The notes: generated by a model not told the origin, from the letters alone. 63,502 bases of DNA, filler included, from Olpidium bornovanus S191 (GCA_017911155.1; 28 parts of 28 records of this genome joined end to end with filler, not necessarily neighbours in it), one strand, 5' to 3'. Shown: positions 11,691 to 22,739, counted from the whole stretch's first letter. Translations and numbers: made by a program.

Positions 11691-12429
11691 GAGTGGGGAG
11701 GAATGTTCCTTCGCCCTCTCCCCGCCTGACCGAGTGACGTGCGAAGTAGGCTTTTTTTTTCCCCTTTTCTTTCCACCTTCGGGCGGGCGGCGCGCACGGG
11801 GCGCCCCGTGTGGCGCCACGGCTCGGCGGGCGAAACACGTCGCAGAGAAACGCCCCGCGGCCCACGACGCCCTGCCCTCTTCGTCCGCAAGGCCGGCCAC
11901 CCGGCGGCGGCCAATTTACCTTCCGCTCTTTCCAGTCCGCAGGTTTGAATCCCGGCGCTGGCCCGGGATAACTTGATTGCAGCACAAAAAGACGATACAC
12001 GTACTGTACTGTTGTTTCTCTTTTTTTTTTTTCTGACTTTTCTCCAGGCTGGCAGGATTTGACGGCCACGCAAAACAAGCTATAGGCAAAGTAAATAGCT
12101 GGTGCGTTGTAGTCGTCGCTTTTGCTTGTTGGGCACCAACGAGGCGGGACACCAACGAGCGCTGCCTCCTTGTGCGCGTGCGTTTGTAGACTCAATTTTC
12201 CTCCGGAAGTAGATGGTTTAGTTCAACATATGAGTTTAAATTTCATTTGCTGTGCACTACTTTAGCTCGTATTAAAATGCCATCTATAGCTAACTACAGA
12301 GGATCAAGCCGCTTCCAGCGCTGCTACGGGCAGTCCGGCTCCGCCGGCCACTCCTTGGCCGACCGTTCCCCGAGTAGAAAAGGCGTCCTGGAACGTCACG
12401 CTTCCGGAAACCACGGAGACGCTGGCCAA

Positions 12430-12750
12430 GGCCATTACCCTCCAGTAGGGTGACAAGCGGCCAAAGCGGTATGGATGTCCGCCTCCTCCCGCTGGTTAAT
12501 CAGTGGCAATATATGGCCAGCAGCTCCTCTCGGTAACACAAACTGCACACACGCTCATGTCGAGCTTATCCGGGAAAACTTCAAAACGGTCTCGTCGTCC
12601 ACCTCCTCCCTCTCATTAAACAGTAGCAATATATGGTCAGCAGTCCTCCACAGCAATACGAATTACGCATGCACTCAATTTGACCTCATTCAGGAAAACA
12701 TCAAAGCGGCCTCGCCGTCCGCATCTTCCCTCTCGTTTATGAATAACAAT
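12430..12750 (-). pseudogene. 120-bp internal repeat, possibly a decayed ankyrin-like repeat ORF
   Basis: Minus frame NEREDADGEAALMFS*...FVLLWRTADHILLLF / NEREEVDDETVLKFSR...FVLPRGAAGHILPLI / NQREEADIHTALAAC, with a 40-aa period and several stops. Confidence 0.3.
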
Positions 12751-13118
12751 ACGCAGTCTTTCCTCGGATAAGTTATCCCCTCATATGTTAATCCTGGAAT
12801 AAATCATTGGAATGTCCGGACTCGTCCCATGGTGGATAAAGTTACAAGTTATAAGTTATGTCCGAGAGGCAAAAGCAATTTCGAGGTAAAATGAGATACC
12901 TACGTAGGGGGCCGAGAGATAGCACACAAAAGCGATTGTCGAACGGAACTGACAAACGAAATACCCGAGCCTTCCCATCGCCGAACCCGTCGTTGCTTGT
13001 CAAGTGGTGTCACCCGATCATCAGCCCACCGAGTGGACGGCCGGGGGCTTCCGCTCGTGGGACATTGGCGCTTCCCCTGCCTGCTGGTGGCGGTGGCGCG
13101 GGGGGGTTGGGAAGGCGG

Positions 13119-13153
<35 letters not shown>

Positions 13154-13336
13154 AAAAGGGGGAAAACCTTCTCAGAGTGCGAAAGAGCATCAGAAAGCGA
13201 CAGATGATGAAAATGATGAGAAAAAAATAGAAAATANNNNNNNNNNNNNNNNNNNNNNNNNNNNNNNNNNNNNNNNNNNNTTAATTAATTAANNNNNNNN
13301 NNNNNNNNNNNNNNNNNNNNNNNNNNNNNNNNNNNN

Positions 13337-14414
13337 GCATGGCCAAGGTGTGGTTCGATGTGTTACTGGCCTCGTGCAGGGTTTGGAAGTACGTCTCGTA
13401 GACGGCGTCTACCACGATCCCGGCCTCACCCGCTCGGTCGCCAGCGCCTTCGGCATCCTCGTCACTATTATCCTGCAGTTCCGCAGCGTACGTGGGTCGT
13501 GGTAGACGTCGAGCCCCTTTGGCGTGTCGCGGAACGGCAGCCTCTTCTGCCGCAACGTCCTCTTCCTGTTCATCTTCTTCCTCGCTCTCAGAATCTTGAG
13601 AGTCTGATTTAGACTCATCGTCTTCGCTGCTTGACTGTGAATCCCGATATTTCGTCAAGGACCGGTCCACCCGCCTTCTCTTCGCTGACTGCTGAGCCGT
13701 GCGTTCAATTACGGACCGATCAGCCGCGAGCTGAACTCTCCTTGGCGTACTCAACGGGCTGCCAACGGGAATTGATCCCTGGCCGGTCCGGCCTTTTTCC
13801 GACCGAAAAAGCACTTCCTCTTCCACAGAAACCCTCCTCTTCGCCCTTCGCCCCGGCGTGGGGGAAGCGTCAATATTTACGGCCTGCTGCTGCTGCTTGT
13901 CCCCCGGAAACTTCACCCTGTTGACCGACCGCGACGTCCCGGCTGCAGCGGTCAAGAGCGCGCGTGGCCGCTTTTTCTCCGCGTTCGGTAGCCCGAACAG
14001 GAGCCTCCCCGGCGTGGACCCCTCGTCCGTGTTCTCCTTGTCGCCCTCGGCAGGAGCCTTGTCTTCCCGGCGGCACTCCCCATCCTCCCCTGCCACGACT
14101 TCCGGTGCCGCCTCGGCCGGTTTCGCCACGTTGTCCGCCGTCAGACCAGTCTCCAGCAAAACCCGCTTTCTCCGAGAGGCCGCCACGCCGACGCGCCGGT
14201 TCGTCCGCTTCGCGATCCGCGCGTAGTCGGCCGGCGAGAGGGACTCCTTCCAGGAGAGGACGTTCTCGATATGGCAAGGAAGTTCAGCGTCCGATTGGAA
14301 CGTGATCGGAATCTGTTCGCTGTCGTCGTCAGCTTCCCGCGCGCTCCGCGGCAGAGGGTCCGCGTCCTCGCCTCTTGCAACCCCGCCAGCCTGCGCGCTG
14401 TTTTCGGAGGCCAT
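13337..14414 (-). CDS. ORC2: Origin recognition complex subunit 2, N-terminal part, 3'-truncated
   Basis: A long disordered N-terminus (MASENSAQ...) ends in YETYFQTLHEASNTSNHTLAM, matching the Orc2 YF...TSxxTL motif that precedes the conserved domain. Confidence 0.65.
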
Positions 14415-14849
14415 TTGCCGAGCGGACCGGTGCTGTCTCCGGGTTTCGGCTGTGGGATGCGCGCAAGATGGGGGGGCGCGGCGGACGGGGCATGGTGTTC
14501 CCTGCCTTCCGCCCGCTGGCTCTGGCGGCCCTTTTACTCGTTTGGACTGTTGCGACCAACGGTCACGTGCCACCCGCACAATCGCGCGTTTCGGGAATCG
14601 AGCGCCGCCGCGCCGCGCCTGGCCCCGGCCGTCAGCCCGCCGCGCCGCCCTGGAGTTCAACAAGCTCTCTGCTCGTAGCCGCCATGCNNNNNNNNNNNNN
14701 NNNNNNNNNNNNNNNNNNNNNNNNNNNNNNNTTAATTAATTAANNNNNNNNNNNNNNNNNNNNNNNNNNNNNNNNNNNNNNNNNNNNCGGGAAAAAGGAA
14801 AAAGGGGGGGGGGGGGGGGAAGGGGGGGGGGGGGAGAAGAGTAGGGCCG

Positions 14850-15330
14850 CACGCGGTTTTGCGTCTCACCTTGCTCTGAGCTTCCGCGCCGTAAGCCACG
14901 GATCTTCTTGCCAAACTTCCCCAATTTGAGGTCCTGCACCGCGTCCAGGGTGACGGCGATCTTATTCTTCGCGCCGCCCTCTGCCGCGCGGGCGCCGCTG
15001 CCGTTCCGTGCCGCAAAAGTTCTCGGCCGCCTAACACTTCAGCACCATGGCCTGGAAATGCTTGATGCGCGCAAAGCATACTGGAGCTTCGCGAGGTTGG
15101 GGACATGTTCTTACAGTATAGGTGGGCAATGGGCGGCGAAGGTTGGTGCAAGCTAGCCAGCGGGGCCACGCGGAAGGGGGAAGAATGCATGCAGGACGGA
15201 GGAGGAGGGCGAGGCAAGGCAGGGAAGGCGACCAAGCTGTTGACAACGCGAGCGAAGTTATCGGCGCCTTTCTGATGGTTATGGGCGCCATTAAGAAAAT
15301 CGTTATGGACGCTGATAAGGTCACCCGACA
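14850..15330 (-). CDS. Probable exons of an unidentified protein
   Basis: GDLISVHNDFLNGAHNHQKGADNFARVVNSL and ag|RPRTFAARNGSGARAAEGGAKNKIAVTLDAVQDLKLGKFGKKIRGLRRGSSEQ|gtgag. Confidence 0.35.
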
Positions 15331-15419
15331 TTCGAATGTTTGGCATGCACTATTATTATTCCCTACGCCCAATAGCCGGCGTGGAACACACGACATTCCT
15401 GACGACACGACGCCGCGTT

Positions 15420-16218
15420 TGACGGGGTTTGAGGAGGACTGCACGCATGCGTATTACCTTACGTGGGACGCCGTGATGCTCCCACAACGTGCTCGATATA
15501 TACTTCGCGGTACGCTTGGTGTTCGGCCGGAAGACGTCAGGACATTTGCGCGGGGTGTTCGCGTTCTCGGAACACATCCTGCCACCCGCGGGAGGTGTTC
15601 TGATATTTGTGCGGGGTGCCTTCGGTGTCCGGTCGGAATCCTGTCGTCCGACGACCTCGCGGGACCTTATCGCCGCCGAACACCGCGAGCGGTTCGGATC
15701 CGGCACCTGGATGACTCTGCCGTCTCGCGAGTGAGAACCCCTAATTTTCCGATCGCGCCGACGAGTAAGCCTGCGGCGTCTCGAGAACCGCGAAATAAAA
15801 ATCGGCGCCGAGGTGAGCAACATTGAAGCGAGGTCGGGTCGCCGGATAAACGGGCCGGCACCGAGGACGAAACGCGGAAGGTCTCCGATCGAAGACGGTC
15901 GCCGCAGACGGGTCCAAACACGAATCGACTCGCCGAGACTCATCTGTCTCCAGCTGGAGACCTGCAAACGCCTTCCCTTTCTCGACTTCGTGGCAGGGGT
16001 CGCGCGGACGTGCCGCTGCACACGCGTTCGCCCGGCCGGGCGCGCCAGCACGGTTCGTCTCCTTTCGTCATCTGACTCACCACCACGTTCTCGAACACCC
16101 TTACTTTTTGAAGACACCCGGTGTACAGGAGTTCCGCCTCACCACCACGTTCTCGAACACCCTTACTTTTTGGAGACACCCGGTGACGGGGTTTGAGGAG
16201 GACTGCACGCATGCGTAT
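15420..16218 (+). repeat. Identical 35-bp direct repeat (15420-15454 and 16184-16218) plus a 48-bp near-identical repeat (16076-16123 and 16138-16185)
   Basis: tgacggggtttgaggaggactgcacgcatgcgtat occurs twice; ctcaccaccacgttctcgaacacccttactttttgRagacacccggtg occurs twice. Confidence 0.9.
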
Positions 16219-16572
16219 GGGGCACTCTTCCGGCGGCGAGAGCAAACTCTCCTCTTTAAAACGCGCCCCGCCATGCTTCCACCCCGCCAATCATTTGTAG
16301 ATTTCGGTAATACCGGGTGGCGTTCTGCGAACCAAAATGTCGCGGACTCGATCTTTTGTTGGTTTTTTTTGTTGAGGGCGCGGTCGGCACGCNNNNNNNN
16401 NNNNNNNNNNNNNNNNNNNNNNNNNNNNNNNNNNNNTTAATTAATTAANNNNNNNNNNNNNNNNNNNNNNNNNNNNNNNNNNNNNNNNNNNNCGCCCCCC
16501 CCGCTTTTTTTTTTTTTTTTTTTCCCCCCTTTTTTTTTTTTTTTCTTTTGCCCCCCCCCCCCCCCCCCGGGG

Positions 16573-16619
<47 letters not shown>

Positions 16620-18599
16620 AAAAGGCCCTGGCCCGCCCCCCCCTTTCCGACTCCGCGAATCGTTCCCCGCTGAGTCAACGGCGGGTGAGAAGAAAAAAAA
16701 AAAGTAAATAAATAAAGATGAGAGAGGCGCGGGAGTTTGTTCTGCTGTGATGACGGATAAGAGAGAGAGAGTGAGAGAGAGACAGAGAGAGAGAGTGAGA
16801 GAGAGACAGAGAGAGAGATAAAACAGATTGGGCGGTGGAACGGGGGGGGATCCAAGCCCCCCCCCTTTTCCCGGCCAAAAGAACTTCCCCCCCTTCTCTC
16901 CCTACCCACCCGCCCTACCCCCGTCCCATCTCCCCCATCCCGCCACCTTCGTTTTTCCTTCCGGGGGTTTTACGCGCGGCTAAATACCATAACCCGACGG
17001 TAGCACCCCATCATATCTCCCCCTCTTCCCCCCCTTGGCCCCCCCCCGCCTCCGGGACAACCCTTCTCACACAGACACCTACCGCAGCTTAAAGAGGGGA
17101 AGGCCGAGGGGACGGGAGGGGAGAGGGAAGGGGGTGGTTAAAGTTGGGACTGTCAATGGGGCAAGGGCGGATAGTTACGATTGTCACACGAGCCGCGTGC
17201 GTTTTAGTGTTTGGACGCTCGCGCGCGGGGGGGGGAAAGCCGGTAGGACCGGAGGAATGCGTTTGAGAACCCGGACGAAATTTTACTCACAGGATTGAGA
17301 GTCCCCCCCCCCACTGCGCGTAACTTTGGAGAGTCAACCCGCCGCCGTTGCCATTGCGCGCGTACCGGAAGTTTTCCCGGCGCCCTTTTTTTTTTTTTTT
17401 TTTTTTTTCGCTCCAGTTCCCAACCCTCCGGCTTACACCAAGTGTTTTCAGAAGACCGCCCGACCCCGAGACTGGCCGTGACCCGACACAAAAACGGGCA
17501 TTGGGCACCCCGCCGTACGCTGTCGAGCGGTTTGCTGGGGAAGCCACGTGCGACCAAAGCGCATGTCCGACCACCGAACTCGCCGCCCAAAAACTGTATG
17601 ACGGAAAAAGACGCGTTCCGTCGCTCGCAACTTGCGATGCATCGGCGGATCGTAGCCATCAACCAAAGGACTTATCTTCCAAGAAGGCATAAAGGAGCTC
17701 GGTTTCGCCTTTATTTTTTTTTAAAACAAAATAGATTTCGTTTTGCGTGGCATGTATTTCGCAAACCGATTCCTGCGCCACGACACACTTCGTCTTCCAC
17801 AGCGGCCGATACATTAGCAGATGCAGCGGCTGTGCTCCAGCAGCCGACAGCCACACATTGGCCGCAATAATAGGCAGCGGGGTGTTGGAACGGCCGCAGA
17901 ACGTCCATGTTGAGTTCACTCACCTAGCAGCTGTCTTCATCTGCAATGGGCAGAACAAATTACGTCGCAATCCCAACTGGCCGGAAGCGCCGGTATTGCT
18001 CAGTCCGCCCCATAGCCGATGCGGAAGCGAACAAAAATATTTTAACCCTCCGGCTGCGCGGTCCGCGTTATCAATGTGTTGCTTGAATTTTCTCTATGTT
18101 TCGTTATGAACACGCAATGGGAACTCCAAATACCTCCAAGCGAGTATGCGATGACGGCGTTTGATCAAGTGCGCAGGGCACGCTGCTTTCCAGCTACCGA
18201 GGATGACAACACGAGAATCCTGGACTTGGCAAGCGTTGCCCTATTGACAGTACGCGGTTTTCCTGCAGGTTGCAAATTCCGCACAAACCACCCAGTGCAC
18301 TCATCGTGTTTTGAATGAGTTCTCCAATGCCTGTCTTTGTTGCCCGAGCCAGGACATCGGGGTGCCACTGGAATTCGCGGTGCCCTCTCGCAGGTACCGG
18401 CGCCCGACATTGTACCTACGAAACCAATTGTTAGGGAAAACCCACAGCACTTTATACAGGAAAATGCATGGGCGACGCGCAATCCACCCAGTGGCCAAAA
18501 TACCATGCCGACAACATCAGCTGTTGTTCCCGCTTCCAGTTTACCCGCTCTTCCTGAAGTTGTCGCTGATGCCGATGTTGGGGCTCGTAAGTCACGGTT

Positions 18600-19552
18600 T
18601 CCCAGTACAGTAACGTTTGAATCGCAGAAATTACAAACCTGCAACTTTTCCCTTTCTTCCTGGTTGATACGGAGCTCCGCCTTGATCGAAGTCACAGCCT
18701 CGTCGACATGGCCCTGAGCCTATCGCATACCTCTATCCTGTTCAACTGCACCACCTCTCGGAGAGTCGGAATGCGAATAAACCGCTCCGTTGAGCGACTC
18801 ACACTCGGAGTCGCCGACTTAAGGTCTTTAATCTCCTGATCTTGCTTCCGGATGAACTTCGGGGTATAACGGCACGAGGCGAACAAACGAAAGAAGCGCG
18901 CAGTCGAAGTCAGTGATGCAGATCTCGAATCAAGAGATCCTTAAGATTCATGTCTTCTCTTCCTCTCCTCACGTTTGGCGACACCCCTCCCAGCCGAAAT
19001 GCCGGCCAAAACAGGGAAGCTTAGAAGAAGAACATTCGACGATGCCCTACGTCTTTCGCTTTCTGCAACTTGGCCAGCAGGCTGGATATCTGCTCAGACA
19101 TATGCTGGACCTTCTGTCGCAGCGTCTGTAGCTCTTCCCGTTCCCCCGGGGCCACCTGCTCCCACGATTTGTTCTCGAGGTTGCTGCACTTTTCCTTGAG
19201 GTTGCTGTGTGACCGATCGCGTTCAGGGCTACCGGCACTAACGTCCAGTTACGGAATCAAAGAGTGCGCACCTAATGGTTATTTCTTTATCAAGAATCTG
19301 GTCTTTGGCTCTCGAAATTTCCGCCAGCAGTTCTTTATTATGCGTGATCTCAGCGTTGAGTTTCGCATCGTATTCCGACCGCATCTTGGACAATTCATTT
19401 GACGAGCTGGCAACCAGTGGAACTGTCAGAAAAGAAATACGATGCGGTACTCATTCGTCTCCTTCGTAACCCAGGCGCCACCCGCATACCCGTTCTTTTC
19501 TAGCTCCCTCACACGGTCCCGCAACAAGAGTAAATCTTTTCGTGCCTTGGAG
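18600..19552 (-). CDS. Internal exons of a long coiled-coil protein
   Basis: SKARKDLLLLRDRVRELEKNG, SSNELSKMRSEYDAKLNAEITHNKELLAEISRAKDQILDKEITI, NLKEKCSNLENK...EREELQTLRQKVQHMSEQISSLLAKLQKAK, KQDQEIKDLKS and IKAELRINQEEREKL, separated by short GT-AG introns. Confidence 0.6.
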
Positions 19553-19651
19553 NNNNNNNNNNNNNNNNNNNNNNNNNNNNNNNNNNNNNNNNNNNNTTAA
19601 TTAATTAANNNNNNNNNNNNNNNNNNNNNNNNNNNNNNNNNNNNNNNNNNN

Positions 19652-19849
19652 NCGCTCTTCCTGTTTCGCCCCACCGCGCGCTTCCTGTTTCGCCCCAACT
19701 CGCGCTTCCTGTTTCGCCCCAACTCGCGCTTCCTGTTTCGCCCCAACTCGCCCCAACTCGCCCCAACTCGCCCCAACTCGCGCTTCCTGTTTCGCCCCAA
19801 CTCGCGCTTCCTGTTTCGCCCCAACTCGCGCTTCCTGTTTCGCCCCAAC
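19652..19849 (+). repeat. Tandem array of the 24-bp unit CTTCCTGTTTCGCCCCAACTCGCG (about 7 copies), including a 4x10-bp CGCCCCAACT expansion
   Basis: Directly visible; the array runs off the contig end. Confidence 0.95.
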
Positions 19850-19871
19850 CTGGCACAGGCAGTTGTCCTAC

Positions 19872-21425
19872 CCTGTAGATCTCTACGGCGATGGTGTCCA
19901 TGTGACAGATCTGCCCGGCGCATCCCACGAGGTCGTCAAGTGCACTGGCTGACGTGTATGTAGCGAGGCTTTCCACGCGGGCTTCGGCCAAAGCGTTCTG
20001 CGCTTGTCGAAGGCCGAGTCTCCCTGCGTCCTCGGCCCAGCTGTCGGCGAGCCCTTCGCGCAGCCAGGCCCCGACTGGCAACCGTAGATATGCCGAAAGT
20101 GGCATTACCTGTCTTCCTGTTGCCTTCCTCATGCCCTCCAGAAACTTCCCTGGACCAAGCCTTCTCATGAGCTGGTCGTCCGCGTGGCGGATAGAGGCGA
20201 ACCGTCGCCAGCTCACGTCGCGGATGTCGTCCGCGAGGCGTGCAAGTATGGTGTTGATGGCACCGTCGTAAGCCTCGGCCGCCTCGACGAATTGGCGCGC
20301 GACGTAAGACAAAGCAGGCCCGTAGGACGACGACGGCGCTCCGGGCGGGACCCATTCCTCATACCATACGAACACCGTCTGCGCAGGTGAAAGGGTTCGA
20401 TGCCCGAGTTGGGGCGAAACAGGACGGGAGTTCGCGGGAATTCGCGGCAGTTCGCGCGAGTTGGGGCGAAACAGGAAACCGTACCTTGACAGGAAAGCCG
20501 CGCACACGTGCCATGAATTGTATCTTGGTCTCCGCCATCGGCGGGAGTGCGGGGAATATGCCGACTAAAGTATCGAACCACCCGGATTCGATCGAAAACC
20601 CAGTCGATATGAGCGGGGTGACAACGAGCACATCGATCATTTGATCGCGCAGCCACCCCGTGGGATCGTCCCCAGCAATGCGCTGTTTTGTAGAGGCGGG
20701 CGACGACCGATGTAGCGCTAGTACCCGGAGGTGCGGAAAATGTGTTCCAATGTACGTCGCGACCGCCTCCAGGCTGGCCACAGTGCCGCACGGGACGAAA
20801 ATCTTTGCTCCTCCTTCCAGGAGGACATGCAGTACTTTGACGGCGTCGTCCGATGTCGGCAGCCAGACGACCTGGTGATCGGTCAAGGCCCCTTCGCCGC
20901 CTTCGTTGATGACCATGCGGGCGCTGAACCTGTCGGCCCAATTTCGCCCGGGGAAGAGCACCTTCAAAGATGGCGGGTCAAGGTCCGCCGCCGCCACCAC
21001 AGTCAACTTGGCCCCGTCGATAATCGTCCGAAATGTTTTTATGACGCTCCTGAGCTGGTCTTGGACGATATCTGCAATATTATGATCCGCCACTTGCCGT
21101 CCTAAATACCAAACACCAATGCCGGTTAAACGGACGGACGGGTAAGCCGCGAGTTGGTGCGAAACAAATGCCGCGAGTTGGTGCGAAACAAATGCCGCGA
21201 GTTGGTGCGAAACAAATGCCGCGATTCACTCGTTTACCCTCGTCGATCGCGACAACCTGCCATCCTTCTTCGCGGTCATCGAGGTGGGGCAGCGAAGTCG
21301 AACAAATTGCGAGATGGCGCGAAGCTCGCATGCGCGCGGAAGCGTCGGCAGGTTCGGGTCCACGTCGCCCACTTCGCATCCACACCGCCCGATCCTTGTC
21401 GGCGGATCGCGAAAGTTCCCGGTAG
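19872..21425 (-). CDS. UL9/origin-binding-protein-like superfamily 2 helicase (Herpes_ori_bp / plasmid Rep-like), truncated at both ends, introns at 21102-21237 and 20379-20484
   Basis: Spliced: YREL...HLAICSTSLPHL...WQVVAIDE|GRQV (Walker B)...VVAAADLD (motif III)...KIFVPCGT (IV)...DVLVVTPLISTGFSIESGWFDTLVGIF (V)...QFMARVR (VI). Intron 1 (GTAAAC...TTTAG, phase 1) and intron 2 (GTACGG...CGCAG, phase 0) both restore the frame. Confidence 0.8.
20405..20478 (+). repeat. Two inverted-orientation copies of the same unit (GAGTTGGGGCGAAACAGGA) flanking three GTTCGCG/ATTCGCG 10-bp subrepeats, inside intron 2 of the helicase
   Basis: cgcgagttggggcgaaacaggaa is the reverse complement of the 19.7-kb unit. 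Confidence 0.9.
21147..21223 (+). repeat. Three tandem 23-bp units CCGCGAGTTGGTGCGAAACAAATG inside intron 1 of the helicase
   Basis: Shares the core CGCGAGTTGG(G/T)GCGAAACA with the 24-bp unit. Confidence 0.95.
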
Positions 21426-21525
21426 NNNNNNNNNNNNNNNNNNNNNNNNNNNNNNNNNNNNNNNNNNNNTTAATTAATTAANNNNNNNNNNNNNNNNNNN
21501 NNNNNNNNNNNNNNNNNNNNNNNNN

Positions 21526-22639
21526 CATGATCACGACGAATCGCCCCGTGAGCACGCTGCGCTGGGCCTGGACGCGGTCCCGGTCCACGGGGTGCTCCGC
21601 CAGGGAGAGCTGAAGGACTTTGCCTTTGACGGAGACCCGGACATAGTTGGGCTTGACCTCCAGCGAGACGAGCGAGGTGTCGATAAACTTGCTGATCTCC
21701 ACCGACAGCACGACGGCCCGGTCTGTGTCCTCGATCCGGAAGGGCACCTTGGGCTCGTTCCGCTGCAGAACGCGCCCGTCGGGCTTTACCAGACTGTCGG
21801 GAGAAGACCGCCGCGGGGGCTTGAGCGGGTCGGGTTTCGACTCCGGCTTGGCCCTTCTCCGGGCGAGCTCGCGCGCCGTCTGCAGTCTGGCTTCAGGCGT
21901 GTGCGGGACAATTTGCGCGGCGAAATCGTCTGTTTCCGCCTGCCGAGGCGCGCACTCGCCGCGAACTCCGTCGTTTCCGGAATCCTCCTTGATCGTGATG
22001 CCGTCGCCGGCCGGAGGTTCCCCCCCGTTTTGCGTCGCCCCGGCGCCGCTCCTTTCCGACCCGCCCGCGCTCGTTTCATCGGCGGGAAACGCGTTCGGAT
22101 CGCCGCTTCCTGCGGTGCTGCAGACGCCGGTGCCGGACGCCCCCTGGGTGTGCTTCAAAGCCCTTTCCCGCAGCAGCCTCTCGCGGACGGCCGCATGTTG
22201 CGGAGCAGCGGCGAGCCGGTGCGATTTCTCGATTTCGCGGCCGTCCAACGACTGCAACGGACGGGGAATAGATTGTTGTTTTTGTCAACGGTCGTAATTG
22301 CAGGCACATCACCGCAAGTGAGAAAAACGCCCTGGCTCTCTCCGCCGCGAAGATCGGACCTTCAGTTGTGGCAAGGCGGTAATCACAAACTCCCGGTAAC
22401 CTTCTTCCGACGCACACGGATTGCCGACCAGAAAGCTTGGTTTTCGTGCCATGCCGTCACGCGGGACGCAGTCAACTATCTTGCGAAACATCCGTCCTGG
22501 GCTATTCAACGCTTCTGGCATGCAAACGGCTGGGGACGGTTGCCACTTACAGTTCCCGCAATTTCGTGCAGGGCTTCAGGGTCTCGACACACAACAGGTC
22601 TTCGACGAAATTGACCGTCAAGTCCAGTTTCCGCAGCGA
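21526..22639 (-). CDS. LRRC6: Dynein axonemal assembly factor LRRC6/DNAAF11 (TilB/Seahorse), internal part
   Basis: SLRKLDLTVNFVEDLLCVETLKPCTKLREL|FLVGNPCASEEGYREFVITALPQLK (LRR plus LRRcap) and GRVLQRNEPKVPF...SKFIDTSLVSLEVKPNYVRVSVKGKVLQLSL...AQRSVLTGRFVVIM (C-terminal CS/p23-like domain). Confidence 0.92.
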
Positions 22640-22739
22640 NNNNNNNNNNNNNNNNNNNNNNNNNNNNNNNNNNNNNNNNNNNNTTAATTAATTAANNNNN
22701 NNNNNNNNNNNNNNNNNNNNNNNNNNNNNNNNNNNNNNN

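Noticed and set aside
13337-14414. Orc2 plus the origin-binding helicase as a replication module
   Set aside because: They are on different contigs, and Orc2 is an ordinary host gene.
19652-19849. CRISPR array
   Set aside because: The units are head-to-tail with no unique spacers, there are no cas genes, and the context is eukaryotic and intron-containing. The same applies to the 40-bp repeat at 37472 and the 23-bp repeat at 42724.
20405-21223. Exact HSV oriS Box I (CGTTCGCACTT)
   Set aside because: Only partial matches (TTTCGCAC, GTTCGCG) are present. The similarity is reported as a hypothesis, not as an identified site.
19652-22639. Functional linkage of the UL9-like helicase with LRRC6 or the adjacent gag, or any gene cluster across spacers
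   Set aside because: They lie on separate contigs joined arbitrarily, so adjacency carries no information.
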